Under the pieces are notes generated by a model. That model did not search any database. It was not told where the DNA came from and saw only the letters and a program-made list of their open reading frames with translations. A stretch of DNA of 64,000 nucleotides from Desulfatiglandales bacterium (GTDB lineage Bacteria; Desulfobacterota; DSM-4660; Desulfatiglandales; Desulfatiglandaceae), in NCBI GenBank assembly GCA_963662465.1, contig OY759599.1:5888001-5952000 (forward strand), given 5' to 3'. This document shows, in pieces, positions 49,910-59,638 of the stretch; the first letter of the stretch is position 1, and every line of letters starts with the position of its first letter. The position numbers and the translations under genes are program-made.

Positions 49910-50800
49910 ATGAACTACCATCTGAACTGGAATAACCATCACCTGAAACTGGGAACCAGAACCCACCTCATGGGCGTTCTGAATGTGACTCCCGATTCAT
50001 TTTCAGACGGCGGCATGCATTTTTCCGTGACCGACGCCGTGGATCACGGTATCGCTATGGCGCGAGACGGCGCTGACATTATCGACATCGGGGGCGAATC
50101 GACCCGCCCCTATTCCAGGAGAGTCCCCGCGGATGAGGAAATGGCGCGCGTCATACCGATCATTCGCCAATTGAGCCGGGAGGTTTCCATTCCCATCAGT
50201 ATCGATACTTACAAGGCGGCGGTAGCCGAGGCAGCGCTGAATGCCGGTGCTTCCATTATTAACGATATCAGCGCCCTGCGGTTGGATCCGGATATGGGGA
50301 GGGTGGCCGCTGAAGCCGGCGTCCCCCTGATCCTGATGCACATGAAGGGCACGCCCGAGAGCATGCAGCGCCACCCCGAATATGATGATCTGATCCGGGA
50401 AATCCTGGATTTTCTGAAAGAGGCTGTACAACGTTCTGAATCCGCCGGGATTAAAAAGGATATGATGATTCTGGATCCCGGGATCGGATTTGGGAAAACC
50501 TTTGAGCACAATCTGAAGGTCATCCATCATCTTGCAGAATTTCAAACCCTTGAAATGCCGCTTTTGCTGGGACCTTCGAATAAAGCCTTTATCGGTCATA
50601 TCCTGGGTAAAGAGGCCCATGAGAGAGATACGGGTACCATGGCCGCGGTGGCGGCCTGCGTCATGAACGGTGCCCATATCATCAGGGCGCACAACGTCAA
50701 AATGGCCGTGGAAACCATCAAAATCATTGACGCCATCAGAAGAGAGCGAATAGACGATGAAAACCACACCGAGGCAACATCACATGCTGTTCTGCATTGA
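49910..50800 (+). CDS. folP: Dihydropteroate synthase
   Basis: [36 protein letters not shown]. Confidence 0.97.
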   Translation: MNYHLNWNNHHLKLGTRTHLMGVLNVTPDSFSDGGMHFSVTDAVDHGIAMARDGADIIDIGGESTRPYSRRVPADEEMARVIPIIRQLSREVSIPISIDTYKAAVAEAALNAGASIINDISALRLDPDMGRVAAEAGVPLILMHMKGTPESMQRHPEYDDLIREILDFLKEAVQRSESAGIKKDMMILDPGIGFGKTFEHNLKVIHHLAEFQTLEMPLLLGPSNKAFIGHILGKEAHERDTGTMAAVAACVMNGAHIIRAHNVKMAVETIKIIDAIRRERIDDENHTEATSHAVLH

Positions 50801-51554
50801 CATCGGAAATACCAACATCGTCCTGGGGGTAACCCGGGATAATAAGATTCTTCATCACTGGAGAATTCGCACTGAAAAAGAGATCACGGCCGATGAATTG
50901 GGCATCCTGGTGGGAAATTTTTTCCAGTGGGAAGGCTTTGGCTTCAAGGATATCAAAAATACCATTGTCTCTTGCGTGGTTCCCCCTTTGCTGAATACGG
51001 TGGTGGATTTTTCACGCCGGTATTTTGGCGTGGAACCGGTCATTGTGGGGCCGGGCCTTAAAACCGGCATGCCCATCAAATACGATAATCCCAGAGAGGT
51101 CGGCGCCGACAGAATCGTAAATGCGGTTGCCGCTTACGAAAAATATAAGACCGCCTTGATTGTAGTGGACTTTGGAACCGCCACCACCTTTGACTATATT
51201 TCCGGCGGCGGGGACTATATGGGCGGCGCCATCGCCCCGGGCATCATCATCTCCTGCGAAGCGCTCTTCCAGGAGGCCTCGAAGCTGCCAAGGGTTGAAA
51301 TTTTTTCACGGCCGACCTCCGTCATTGCCAAAGATACCATCAGCAGCATGAATGCCGGCATTATTTACGGTTATGCCGGATTGGTGGACGGTATCGTAAA
51401 CCGCATGGTAAAAGAGTCAGGCGAAGATCCCCAAATCATCGCCACAGGAGGCCTGGCGCCCCTGATCTCCGAGGTTTCCGAGACGATCCAGGGTGTTGAA
51501 GAATTTTTAACCCTGCATGGCTTGATCCTCCTCTTCAACAAAAACGCCAAATAA
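50784..51554 (+). CDS. coaX: Type III pantothenate kinase
   Basis: [25 protein letters not shown]. Confidence 0.96.
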   Translation: MLFCIDIGNTNIVLGVTRDNKILHHWRIRTEKEITADELGILVGNFFQWEGFGFKDIKNTIVSCVVPPLLNTVVDFSRRYFGVEPVIVGPGLKTGMPIKYDNPREVGADRIVNAVAAYEKYKTALIVVDFGTATTFDYISGGGDYMGGAIAPGIIISCEALFQEASKLPRVEIFSRPTSVIAKDTISSMNAGIIYGYAGLVDGIVNRMVKESGEDPQIIATGGLAPLISEVSETIQGVEEFLTLHGLILLFNKNAK

Positions 51555-51599
51555 GCCCTGTTGCGCCAAAGCAAAAGGCCTTGCCGAGATGTTCATTTG

Positions 51600-52496
51600 A
51601 TGCTTAAACCATCAAAATTAAACCGCGGCGATTTTGTGGGAGTTGTTTCCCCGGCGGGTCCCGTCGATGAATCCGACCTGGAAGCGGACCTTCATTTGCT
51701 GAAAACCAAAGGGTTTTCCGTCCATGTGGCGCCCCATGCCCATGATCGGCTGGGATACCTGGCCGGGAAAGATGAAGACCGCCTTGCGGATCTTCACTAC
51801 ATGTTCCGAAATACCGATATCAAAGCCGTTTTCTGTACGCGCGGTGGGTATGGCAGCCTGAGATTACTGGAGCGAATCGATTACGATCTCATCCGGAAAA
51901 ACCCGAAAATCATTGTGGGGTACAGCGACATCACGGCCCTTTTGATGGCCATCTTCAAAAAAACCGGTCTGATGACGTTTCACGGTCCCATGGTGAGGGG
52001 GCTTTCATCCCTTCCCGAAAAGGTCCTGGAAAACCTGTTTGAAATCCTTTCTTCCGAACAACCGGCTTCATTTAGCTCCTTGGAAGGCCGGCCCCTTTGC
52101 CGGGGCAAAGCCACAGGCCCCCTCATGGGCGGCAATCTGTCCCTCATCTGTCATCTGCTGGGCACCCCTTTCATGCCAAGTCTCGACGGTTGCATCCTGT
52201 TTCTGGAAGACAGGGGGGAAGCGCCCTATCGGGTGGATCGAATGCTCACCCACCTGAAACTCACGGGCAGCCTGAAAGGGATTGCGGGCCTGATCACGGG
52301 CCAATTTGTGGACTGTGGAGATCCCACTGCCATCGATCGCCTGGTAAGAGAGCAGTTTGCGCCCATGAATATTCCCATTTTAACCGGTTTTCCCCTGGGA
52401 CACGGTCCGGATAATACGACCCTCCCCTTAGGGATCCCGGCCGAACTGGATACCGACGCCATGACATTGACTCGTTTGGAATCAGCCGTTGTTTGA
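51600..52496 (+). CDS. LD-carboxypeptidase (peptidase S66)
   Basis: RGGYG, GYSDIT, GGNL, LFLED, GHG. Confidence 0.93.
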   Translation: MLKPSKLNRGDFVGVVSPAGPVDESDLEADLHLLKTKGFSVHVAPHAHDRLGYLAGKDEDRLADLHYMFRNTDIKAVFCTRGGYGSLRLLERIDYDLIRKNPKIIVGYSDITALLMAIFKKTGLMTFHGPMVRGLSSLPEKVLENLFEILSSEQPASFSSLEGRPLCRGKATGPLMGGNLSLICHLLGTPFMPSLDGCILFLEDRGEAPYRVDRMLTHLKLTGSLKGIAGLITGQFVDCGDPTAIDRLVREQFAPMNIPILTGFPLGHGPDNTTLPLGIPAELDTDAMTLTRLESAVV

Positions 52497-52507
52497 TTAG
52501 CTTTCAC

Positions 52508-52533
52508 TTGACAATGTAATGCAATTGCATTAC
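52508..52533 (+). promoter_or_regulatory. prlF-yhaV promoter/operator
   Basis: TTGACA followed by the perfect 18-bp palindrome GTAATGCAATTGCATTAC (52516-52533). Confidence 0.7.
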
Positions 52534-52575
52534 TTCATGGTGAATAAAGAGTACTCCCGTTTTGGAGGTATGGTG

Positions 52576-52902
52576 ATGTCCCCATTATTAACCATCGATT
52601 CTACGCTGACAAACCGATATCAAACAACGATCCCAAATATGATCAGAAAAGCGCTGGGGTTAGAAAAACAAGACAAGATACGGTATACCGTTCAGCCGGA
52701 TGGAAGCGTCATGATGTCGCGTGCAAACCGGACTGAAGAAGATCCTGTATTGGCTAAATTCTTAACTTTTTTAGCGAATGACATGGATCAAAACCCTCAG
52801 AATGTTCGTGCCATAGATTCTAACTTACTTGACCGTGTCCGGCCACTGGTGATGAATGTTGAAATTGATTTGGATCGCCCACTTTCCGATGAGGACGAGT
52901 AA
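52576..52902 (+). CDS. prlF: PrlF (SohA) family antitoxin
   Basis: STLT.RYQTTIP..IR.AL.L...DKI.Y, DP....FL.FLA.D. Confidence 0.92.
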   Translation: MSPLLTIDSTLTNRYQTTIPNMIRKALGLEKQDKIRYTVQPDGSVMMSRANRTEEDPVLAKFLTFLANDMDQNPQNVRAIDSNLLDRVRPLVMNVEIDLDRPLSDEDE

Positions 52903-52904
52903 GG

Positions 52905-53405
52905 TTGTCAAAATCAACGTTTTTAATCATTAACGGATGGAAAATATTCGGTCATTCTTTATTCTTGGACCAGGTTGAAGCGCTAATCACACAGGTTGAG
53001 TTTCTGCGCCGGAATACCGCTGATTACACAAAAAAGAATGCGGCAAAACGATTAGCGGCAATTGTGAAACTCTCTTTTGAAATTATTCCACAAGATCCGA
53101 CACTTGCTGTTTATCGTCAAGGGTCGACCCTCGGCGACCATCGCAAACACTGGTTTCGCGCGAAGTTTTTCCAACAATATCGTCTGTTCTTTCGATATCA
53201 CTTGGAAAGTAAGATAATCGTTTTTGCCTGGGTCAATGATAAGGGCACAAAACGTGCCTATAAGAGCAAAACGGATGCTTATCAGGTATTTAAAAAAATG
53301 TTGAAGAGTGGGCATTCTCCTGATGATTGGGATGAACTGCTCAAACAATCAAAATCAGACGCAGACCGTCTCAAAAAAATATTTTCCGATCACGCCCAAG
53401 GCTAA
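52905..53405 (+). CDS. yhaV: YhaV family toxin
   Basis: IPQDP....YRQG.TLG...KHWFRAKF.QQYRLFFRY, AWVND..TKR.Y.S.TDAY.VF.KML. Confidence 0.94.
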   Translation: MSKSTFLIINGWKIFGHSLFLDQVEALITQVEFLRRNTADYTKKNAAKRLAAIVKLSFEIIPQDPTLAVYRQGSTLGDHRKHWFRAKFFQQYRLFFRYHLESKIIVFAWVNDKGTKRAYKSKTDAYQVFKKMLKSGHSPDDWDELLKQSKSDADRLKKIFSDHAQG

Positions 53406-53466
53406 CCCATTAGGGACTTGTTTCCTTAAAACTTAAATCTTAAAACTTAAAACTAAAAAAAACCCA

Positions 53467-56400
53467 TTGGAATCAAAAAACTATCAAAACAGCCCCCTGG
53501 CACAGCTAAACCACTGGATCGAGGACGGGTGTGAAACCATGCGGGTCGTGGGCCTTTCCGGCCCTGCCCGCGCCTATTTTCTGGCCCGCGTTCTGGACCC
53601 CCTCAATACTCCCTGTCTGATCATTCTCCCGGAAAAAAAAAGCGCCGAACGGTTTTTCCGTGAACTCCGGTTTTTCATGGGGTCTTCGAAAAACGGAAAG
53701 GACGGCGCTGCCACACGGCTGCACCAATTCCCTCCCTATGACATGTCGCCCCTGACCGGCCTCAGTCCCCACCGGCAACTGATCACGGAGCGAATCAACG
53801 CGCTTTACGCACTGATCACGGACCCGAATCCGGTGGTGGTCACCTGTCCGGAAGCGCTTTGTTTCAGGGTTTTGCCCAAGGCATCGCTCATTGACGCCCT
53901 GGAATATCTGGAAGAGGGAGAGGCCGTTGACCGGGAAGACCTCATTAAAACCCTTGAAACGAATGGGTACCAGCGCAGTTCCATGGTGGAAGAGAGAGGC
54001 GACTATTCAGTCAGGGGGGGCGTTATCGATATCTTTTCCCCCCTGTATCCGTTGCCGGTGCGTCTTGAGTTCTGGGGAGACCAGTTGGAATCCATCCGTC
54101 AATTTGACCCTCTCAGCCAACGGTCGGAAAAAAGCCTGCATGAGTTGATCCTCCTGCCCGCCTGCGAGATCATCATGGGCCAAAATAACGTCAAGCGGGC
54201 CAGGTCCATGGGGCGGCTCCCGGGGGGGTCCGATGCACGCACCGGTTTTCCCGGACAGGAAGCCTGGCTTAACCACTTCTATGCCCACCCGGACACCTTA
54301 ATTCACTATTTGCCGAAACAGAGCCTGCTGACCCTGGTGGACCCCATCTCGGCTGCACCTAACGGCCGAAAAATTGAAAAAAAATTCCAAAAAGACATGG
54401 AAAAATATCGGGAGGAATCGGCCGCCAGGGCTGAACCCTTTCCGGATATTGAAGGTGTTTTTGTCCCGTTCATGAAAATTGAAGCGTACATGGAAACGCA
54501 TCGGCAACTCCTGTTCTCCGCGCTGAATGTGGGCCATGAAAACACCGACGAGAAAACCCTGGAAATCGCGGGGCGCTTTGAAATTGAAGAGGACCTGGAA
54601 CTCCGGCGACTGGCCAAAGGCAGGGTTTCCATGGCGCCTTTTGCTCAGAAAATAGATGCCTGGATCTCTTCGGGCGCACAGGTCGTGATGACTTGCAGCA
54701 CCCTGCAGCAGGCCAACCGGTTGAAGGAGATCCTCGGCAACTATGATGTCGTTGTGGACGCTGTGGTGCATCATTGGCATGAAGTGGAAAAGCACCGGGG
54801 GCTCATTGTATGTCTGGATCGTCTGGCAAGGGGCTTTGCCTGGCCGGATCTGGGCCTTTATGTGGTGAGCGAAGACGAGATTTTCGGTACAAGACGCGCC
54901 GGTTTGCGACACAACCGGAAAAAACGCCGGCGGGGACTGTCCTGGTCAGCTTTCAGCCAACTGAAGGCAGGGGATCTGGTGGTTCACGAGGAACACGGCA
55001 TTGGTCGCTATATGGGCCTTTCCACCCTGGAGATTGCGCAGCGTATCCATGATTTTGTGATTGTGGAATACGCAGGGCAATCCAAGCTGTATCTTCCGGC
55101 CGACCGGGTCAGCATTTTACAGAAATACGCGGGGAGTGAGGAAAAGAGCCCGAAACTGGACCAGTTGGGGGGACACGCGTGGGCCCTGACCAAGCAAAAA
55201 ACCAGGAATTCCGTCAAAAAAATTGCTAAACAACTGGTAGAATTGTACGCCCTCAGAAAATACCGGAAAGGATTTCGGTTTTCGCCGCCCGACCCCTATT
55301 TCCGAGAATTCGAAGCGACCTTTGAACATGAGGAAACCGATGATCAGAGCAAGGCCATCGATGATGTTTTAGCGGATCTTGCCTCCGACAAAACCATGGA
55401 CCGCCTCATCTGCGGCGACGTGGGCTTCGGCAAAACGGAAATCGCCATTCGGGCCGCCTTCAAGGCCGTATCCGATGGAAAACAGGTGGCTTTTCTGGTG
55501 CCCACCACGGTTCTGGCGGAGCAGCATTTTGAAACCTTTAAAAAGCGCATGGCGCCCCATGCGGTCAGCTTGGGCGTTCTCAGCCGGTTTAAAACCAAGT
55601 CGGAACAAACCCGGATTGTCGGCGAAGCAAGGTCCGGCAAGATCAATATTCTTATCGGTACCCACCGAATGCTTCAGAAGGATGTGGGGTTCGCCGATCT
55701 GGGACTGGTGATCATCGATGAAGAGCAGCGCTTCGGCGTCAAACAGAAAGAAGCGCTCAAAAAATATCGCGCCCTGGTGGATGTGCTGGCCATTACCGCC
55801 ACCCCGGTTCCCAGAACCCTCCAGATGTCCATGATGGGCGTGAGAGACCTGAGCATCATCGAAACGCCGCCCGTAGACCGGTTGTCCATCGAAACCTATC
55901 TCTCTCCCTATGACGACGCCACCATTAAAAGAGCGATCGATAATGAATTGAAAAGGGGGGGGCAAACTTTTTTTGTTCACAACAAAGTTAAAAGCATCGA
56001 CCACATGGCAACCCAGTTGCAAAAGCTGGTCCCGAACGCGAAGCTTGAAATAGCCCACGGCCAGATGAAGCCCAAGGAACTCGAAGACGCCATGATGCGA
56101 TTCCTTAAAAAAGAAATTGATGTTCTGGTCTGCACCACCATCATCGAATCGGGCCTCGACATCCCTTCCGCCAATACCATTATCATCAATGAAGCGGACC
56201 GTCTGGGTCTGGCTCAGATTTACCAGCTGCGGGGCCGGGTGGGACGCGCCAAAGAAAAGGCTTACGCCTATTTGTTGATCTCCAAGGATTCCACGCTCTC
56301 AAGAGATGCGGAAAAACGCCTGAAGGCCCTCATGGATTTTTCCAACCTTGGCGCCGGTCTGCACCTTGCCATGCATGACCTGAAAATCAGGGGGGGCGGC

Positions 56401-56952
56401 AATATCCTCGGGTTTTCCCAGTCAGGGCATATTTCGGCGGTGGGATACGAACTCTATCTGAAACTGATTGAACGAACCGTCACGGAACTCAAAGGTGAAC
56501 AATGGCAGGACGAGGTAAATCCGGAAATCAATATCGATATCCCCGCATTTCTGCCCGGCGACTATATGATGGACACGGATGTGAGGCTAAATCTGTATCG
56601 CCGGCTTTCTTCCCTCATCGATCAGTCCGAGCTTTCTGAAATGATTGAGGAAATCCGCGATCGTTTTGGAAGTCCGCCTCCGGAGGTGCAAAACCTGCTG
56701 GCGTTGATGTCCATCCGTTTGCGCCTGAAGCAGCTTTGCATTACCAAGTTGGATATGGGAAAAAACCAACTGACGCTCACGTTCCTGGAGGGGAGGATCC
56801 GGAACCGGGACCATCTGGTAAAGCTGGCGCATGCGCGACCCAAGCGGTTTCGATTTCTCCCCAACAATAAGCTCAGCATTTACACGGGATTGATGGCCCT
56901 TCCGAAAGATCTCCAAAAAATTGAACAAATTCTGGACCAGCTCAATCCTTGA
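53467..56952 (+). CDS. mfd: Transcription-repair coupling factor
   Basis: UvrB-like module, VVH..HGIGRY, GDVGFGKT, DEEQRFG, QLRGRVGR, TRCF domain. Confidence 0.97.
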   Translation: MESKNYQNSPLAQLNHWIEDGCETMRVVGLSGPARAYFLARVLDPLNTPCLIILPEKKSAERFFRELRFFMGSSKNGKDGAATRLHQFPPYDMSPLTGLSPHRQLITERINALYALITDPNPVVVTCPEALCFRVLPKASLIDALEYLEEGEAVDREDLIKTLETNGYQRSSMVEERGDYSVRGGVIDIFSPLYPLPVRLEFWGDQLESIRQFDPLSQRSEKSLHELILLPACEIIMGQNNVKRARSMGRLPGGSDARTGFPGQEAWLNHFYAHPDTLIHYLPKQSLLTLVDPISAAPNGRKIEKKFQKDMEKYREESAARAEPFPDIEGVFVPFMKIEAYMETHRQLLFSALNVGHENTDEKTLEIAGRFEIEEDLELRRLAKGRVSMAPFAQKIDAWISSGAQVVMTCSTLQQANRLKEILGNYDVVVDAVVHHWHEVEKHRGLIVCLDRLARGFAWPDLGLYVVSEDEIFGTRRAGLRHNRKKRRRGLSWSAFSQLKAGDLVVHEEHGIGRYMGLSTLEIAQRIHDFVIVEYAGQSKLYLPADRVSILQKYAGSEEKSPKLDQLGGHAWALTKQKTRNSVKKIAKQLVELYALRKYRKGFRFSPPDPYFREFEATFEHEETDDQSKAIDDVLADLASDKTMDRLICGDVGFGKTEIAIRAAFKAVSDGKQVAFLVPTTVLAEQHFETFKKRMAPHAVSLGVLSRFKTKSEQTRIVGEARSGKINILIGTHRMLQKDVGFADLGLVIIDEEQRFGVKQKEALKKYRALVDVLAITATPVPRTLQMSMMGVRDLSIIETPPVDRLSIETYLSPYDDATIKRAIDNELKRGGQTFFVHNKVKSIDHMATQLQKLVPNAKLEIAHGQMKPKELEDAMMRFLKKEIDVLVCTTIIESGLDIPSANTIIINEADRLGLAQIYQLRGRVGRAKEKAYAYLLISKDSTLSRDAEKRLKALMDFSNLGAGLHLAMHDLKIRGGGNILGFSQSGHISAVGYELYLKLIERTVTELKGEQWQDEVNPEINIDIPAFLPGDYMMDTDVRLNLYRRLSSLIDQSELSEMIEEIRDRFGSPPPEVQNLLALMSIRLRLKQLCITKLDMGKNQLTLTFLEGRIRNRDHLVKLAHARPKRFRFLPNNKLSIYTGLMALPKDLQKIEQILDQLNP

Positions 56953-57037
56953 CGGCCGCGGCCGGTAAAATCGTTGCTATTCTACTTTACTCATGAGTAA
57001 AGTCGTGCTATCGCTATTAGGGAAGCTTTCAGAAACT

Positions 57038-57279
57038 GTAGCCGTTCACGGTTGCCGGTTTACAGTTGCCGGTTCACGGTTTTTCAATGAATTATGGGTT
57101 TCCTTCATACAGATTTACACTTTCTTGATGAATTGTTTTTTCAATTTTAATGAAGGATGCCGAATTATGTTGGGATTGATAACCGTGATTTTTTAAATCT
57201 TCACAAGAGGACCCCATAATCTTCCGTTATCCTCTGTTTTTCAACCGAAAACCGGCAACCGTAAACCGTGAACGGTTAC
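57038..57279. mobile_element. Miniature heptamer-repeat inverted element B
   Basis: Ends GTAGCCGTTCACGGTT ... AACCGTGAACGGTTAC with tandem heptamers inside both ends and an AT-rich core. Confidence 0.75.
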
Positions 57280-57308
57280 CAGCAACTATACCTGGAGTTT
57301 TTTAACCG

Positions 57309-59573
57309 ATGAATTCGAAATATGTGCAAAAGATTGCGAAGGAAATGGACCTTCGCCCAAAACAGGTGGAGGCCGTACTGGACCTTCTGTCGCAAAGTGC
57401 GACCATCCCCTTTATTGCCCGGTACCGAAAGGAAGCAACCGATTCCCTGGATGAGGTTGTCATCTCCGATATCCGTGACCGGTCCGCTCAGCTGGAAGAA
57501 TTGGATCGAAGGCGAGAGGCCATCCTTAAGTCTTTGCGTGACCAGGAAAAACTGACCGATGATCTGGCAGCCAAAATTCAGGGCGCCGAAACCCTTGCGG
57601 TCCTTGAAGACATTTACCTGCCTTTTAAACCCAAACGGCGAACCCGGGCGAGTATCGCCAGGGAACGGGGACTTGAGCCCCTGGCCCATGTTTTATTTCA
57701 GCAGGAAGATCTCGATCCGTTTGGGGTTGCGGCCCCTTTTGTGGATCTTGAAAAAGAGATTGAAACCATTGAAGAGGCACTGGCCGGCGCAAGGGACATC
57801 ATCGCTGAATGGATTACGGAAAACCAGGAAGCTCGGGCATTGGTACGGTCTCTTTTTTTACAAAAAGGCGTTGTTATTTCAAAAGTCGATGCCTCAAAAG
57901 AAGAAGAAGGGGCAAAATATAGAGATTATTTTGATTGGGAAGAACCGCTTACAAAAGCGCCGTCACACCGGATATTAGCCATGCGACGGGGTGAAAACGA
58001 GGGCATCCTGACCCTCCGCATTGCGCCGGAAGAGACCGAGGTCCTTGCCCTGCTTGAATCTCTGTTCATCACCGGTCGTTTTTCCACATCCGAGCAGGTG
58101 CGGATGGCCATTTACGATAGCTATAAAAGGCTCCTGAGCCATTCCATGGAAACCGAGGTCCGGATGACCTCAAAAAAAGCGGCGGATGAAGAGGCCATTC
58201 GAATATTTGCCGGCAACCTTCGTCAACTGCTTCTGGCAGCCCCTCTTGGGCAGAGAAATATTCTGGCCATTGACCCCGGATTTCGCACCGGTTGTAAAGT
58301 GGTCTGTTTGGATTCCCAGGGAAAACTGCTGCACGCAGATGCCATTTTTCCTCATTTTGGAGATTCAAAAGCCGTGCAGGCCGGACAAAAAATACGGGAT
58401 TTTTGTGATCGTTTTCATGTGGATGCCATTGCCATTGGAAACGGCACCGCCGGAAGGGAAACCGAGACCTTCATAAGAGGGCTATCCCTTGAAAAAAAGA
58501 TTCAGGTGATCATGGTCAACGAAAGCGGCGCCTCCATTTACTCCGCCTCCGAAGTGGGCCGCGAAGAATTTCCGGATCAGGACATTACCGTGAGAGGGGC
58601 CGTCTCCATCGGAAGGAGACTCATGGATCCCCTTGCCGAGCTGGTCAAGATTGACCCGAAATCCATAGGGGTCGGACAGTACCAGCACGACGTGGATCAG
58701 AAAGCATTACGACAAAGTCTTGACGACGTGGTCATGAGCTGTGTCAACAGGGTTGGCGTGGAGGTCAACACCGCAAGCCGACAGTTATTGACCTATGTGT
58801 CGGGGTTGGGGCCTCAACTGGCCAAAAATATTGTCCGCCACCGTGAGGAGAACGGGCCCTTTGCCTCTCGAAAAGCGCTCATGGACGTTCGCCGCCTTGG
58901 CGCCAAAGCCTTTGAACAGGCCGGCGGATTTTTGCGTATCCGGGGTGCTTTACACCCGTTGGATGCAAGTGCCGTCCACCCTGAAAGCTACCCCATTGTA
59001 GAAGCCATGGCCAAAGACCTTCATTGTTCCATCCAGGATCTCATGGAAAATGAGACCCTTCGCAAACAAATTAAAAAGGAGGCATATGTCACCGAAACCG
59101 TAGGTCTGCCCACTTTAAATGATATCCTGGAGGAGCTGGCCAAACCCGGGCGCGACCCGCGTAAACAATTTGAAAATATCGCGTTTAAAGAAGGGGTTGA
59201 AAAAATGGAAGACCTCGAGCCGGGGATGAATCTGCCCGGGGTGGTCACCAATATTACGGCCTTTGGCGCTTTTGTGGATATCGGCGTTCATCAGGACGGC
59301 CTTATCCATGTGAGCCAGATGGCAGATCGCTTTGTAAAAGATCCCAACGAGGTGGTCAAGGTGCAGCAGAAGGTCAATGTCCGGGTTTTGGATGTGGATA
59401 TTAAGAGAAAGCGGATTTCCCTTTCATTAAAAGCCAAAGGGAACGGTTCCGACAAAATCGTCCCGCCAACCGTTCATCAAAAACCTAAACCAAAGGCAAA
59501 AAGTCATTCGAAGCAAGCTGAAAAAAGCCCTTTTAATAACCCGTTCTCCGATGCTTTGGGAAAAATCTCCTGA
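57309..59573 (+). CDS. tex: Tex family RNA-binding transcriptional accessory protein
   Basis: TIPFIARYRKE, DPGFRTGCK, E.GASIYSAS, IGVGQYQHDV, S1 domain. Confidence 0.96.
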   Translation: MNSKYVQKIAKEMDLRPKQVEAVLDLLSQSATIPFIARYRKEATDSLDEVVISDIRDRSAQLEELDRRREAILKSLRDQEKLTDDLAAKIQGAETLAVLEDIYLPFKPKRRTRASIARERGLEPLAHVLFQQEDLDPFGVAAPFVDLEKEIETIEEALAGARDIIAEWITENQEARALVRSLFLQKGVVISKVDASKEEEGAKYRDYFDWEEPLTKAPSHRILAMRRGENEGILTLRIAPEETEVLALLESLFITGRFSTSEQVRMAIYDSYKRLLSHSMETEVRMTSKKAADEEAIRIFAGNLRQLLLAAPLGQRNILAIDPGFRTGCKVVCLDSQGKLLHADAIFPHFGDSKAVQAGQKIRDFCDRFHVDAIAIGNGTAGRETETFIRGLSLEKKIQVIMVNESGASIYSASEVGREEFPDQDITVRGAVSIGRRLMDPLAELVKIDPKSIGVGQYQHDVDQKALRQSLDDVVMSCVNRVGVEVNTASRQLLTYVSGLGPQLAKNIVRHREENGPFASRKALMDVRRLGAKAFEQAGGFLRIRGALHPLDASAVHPESYPIVEAMAKDLHCSIQDLMENETLRKQIKKEAYVTETVGLPTLNDILEELAKPGRDPRKQFENIAFKEGVEKMEDLEPGMNLPGVVTNITAFGAFVDIGVHQDGLIHVSQMADRFVKDPNEVVKVQQKVNVRVLDVDIKRKRISLSLKAKGNGSDKIVPPTVHQKPKPKAKSHSKQAEKSPFNNPFSDALGKIS

Positions 59574-59638
59574 AAACGGAATTTTTAGCAGCAATTTTCT
59601 TGAGCAAAGCCAACCCTCTTACTGAATAGGAGAAAACC

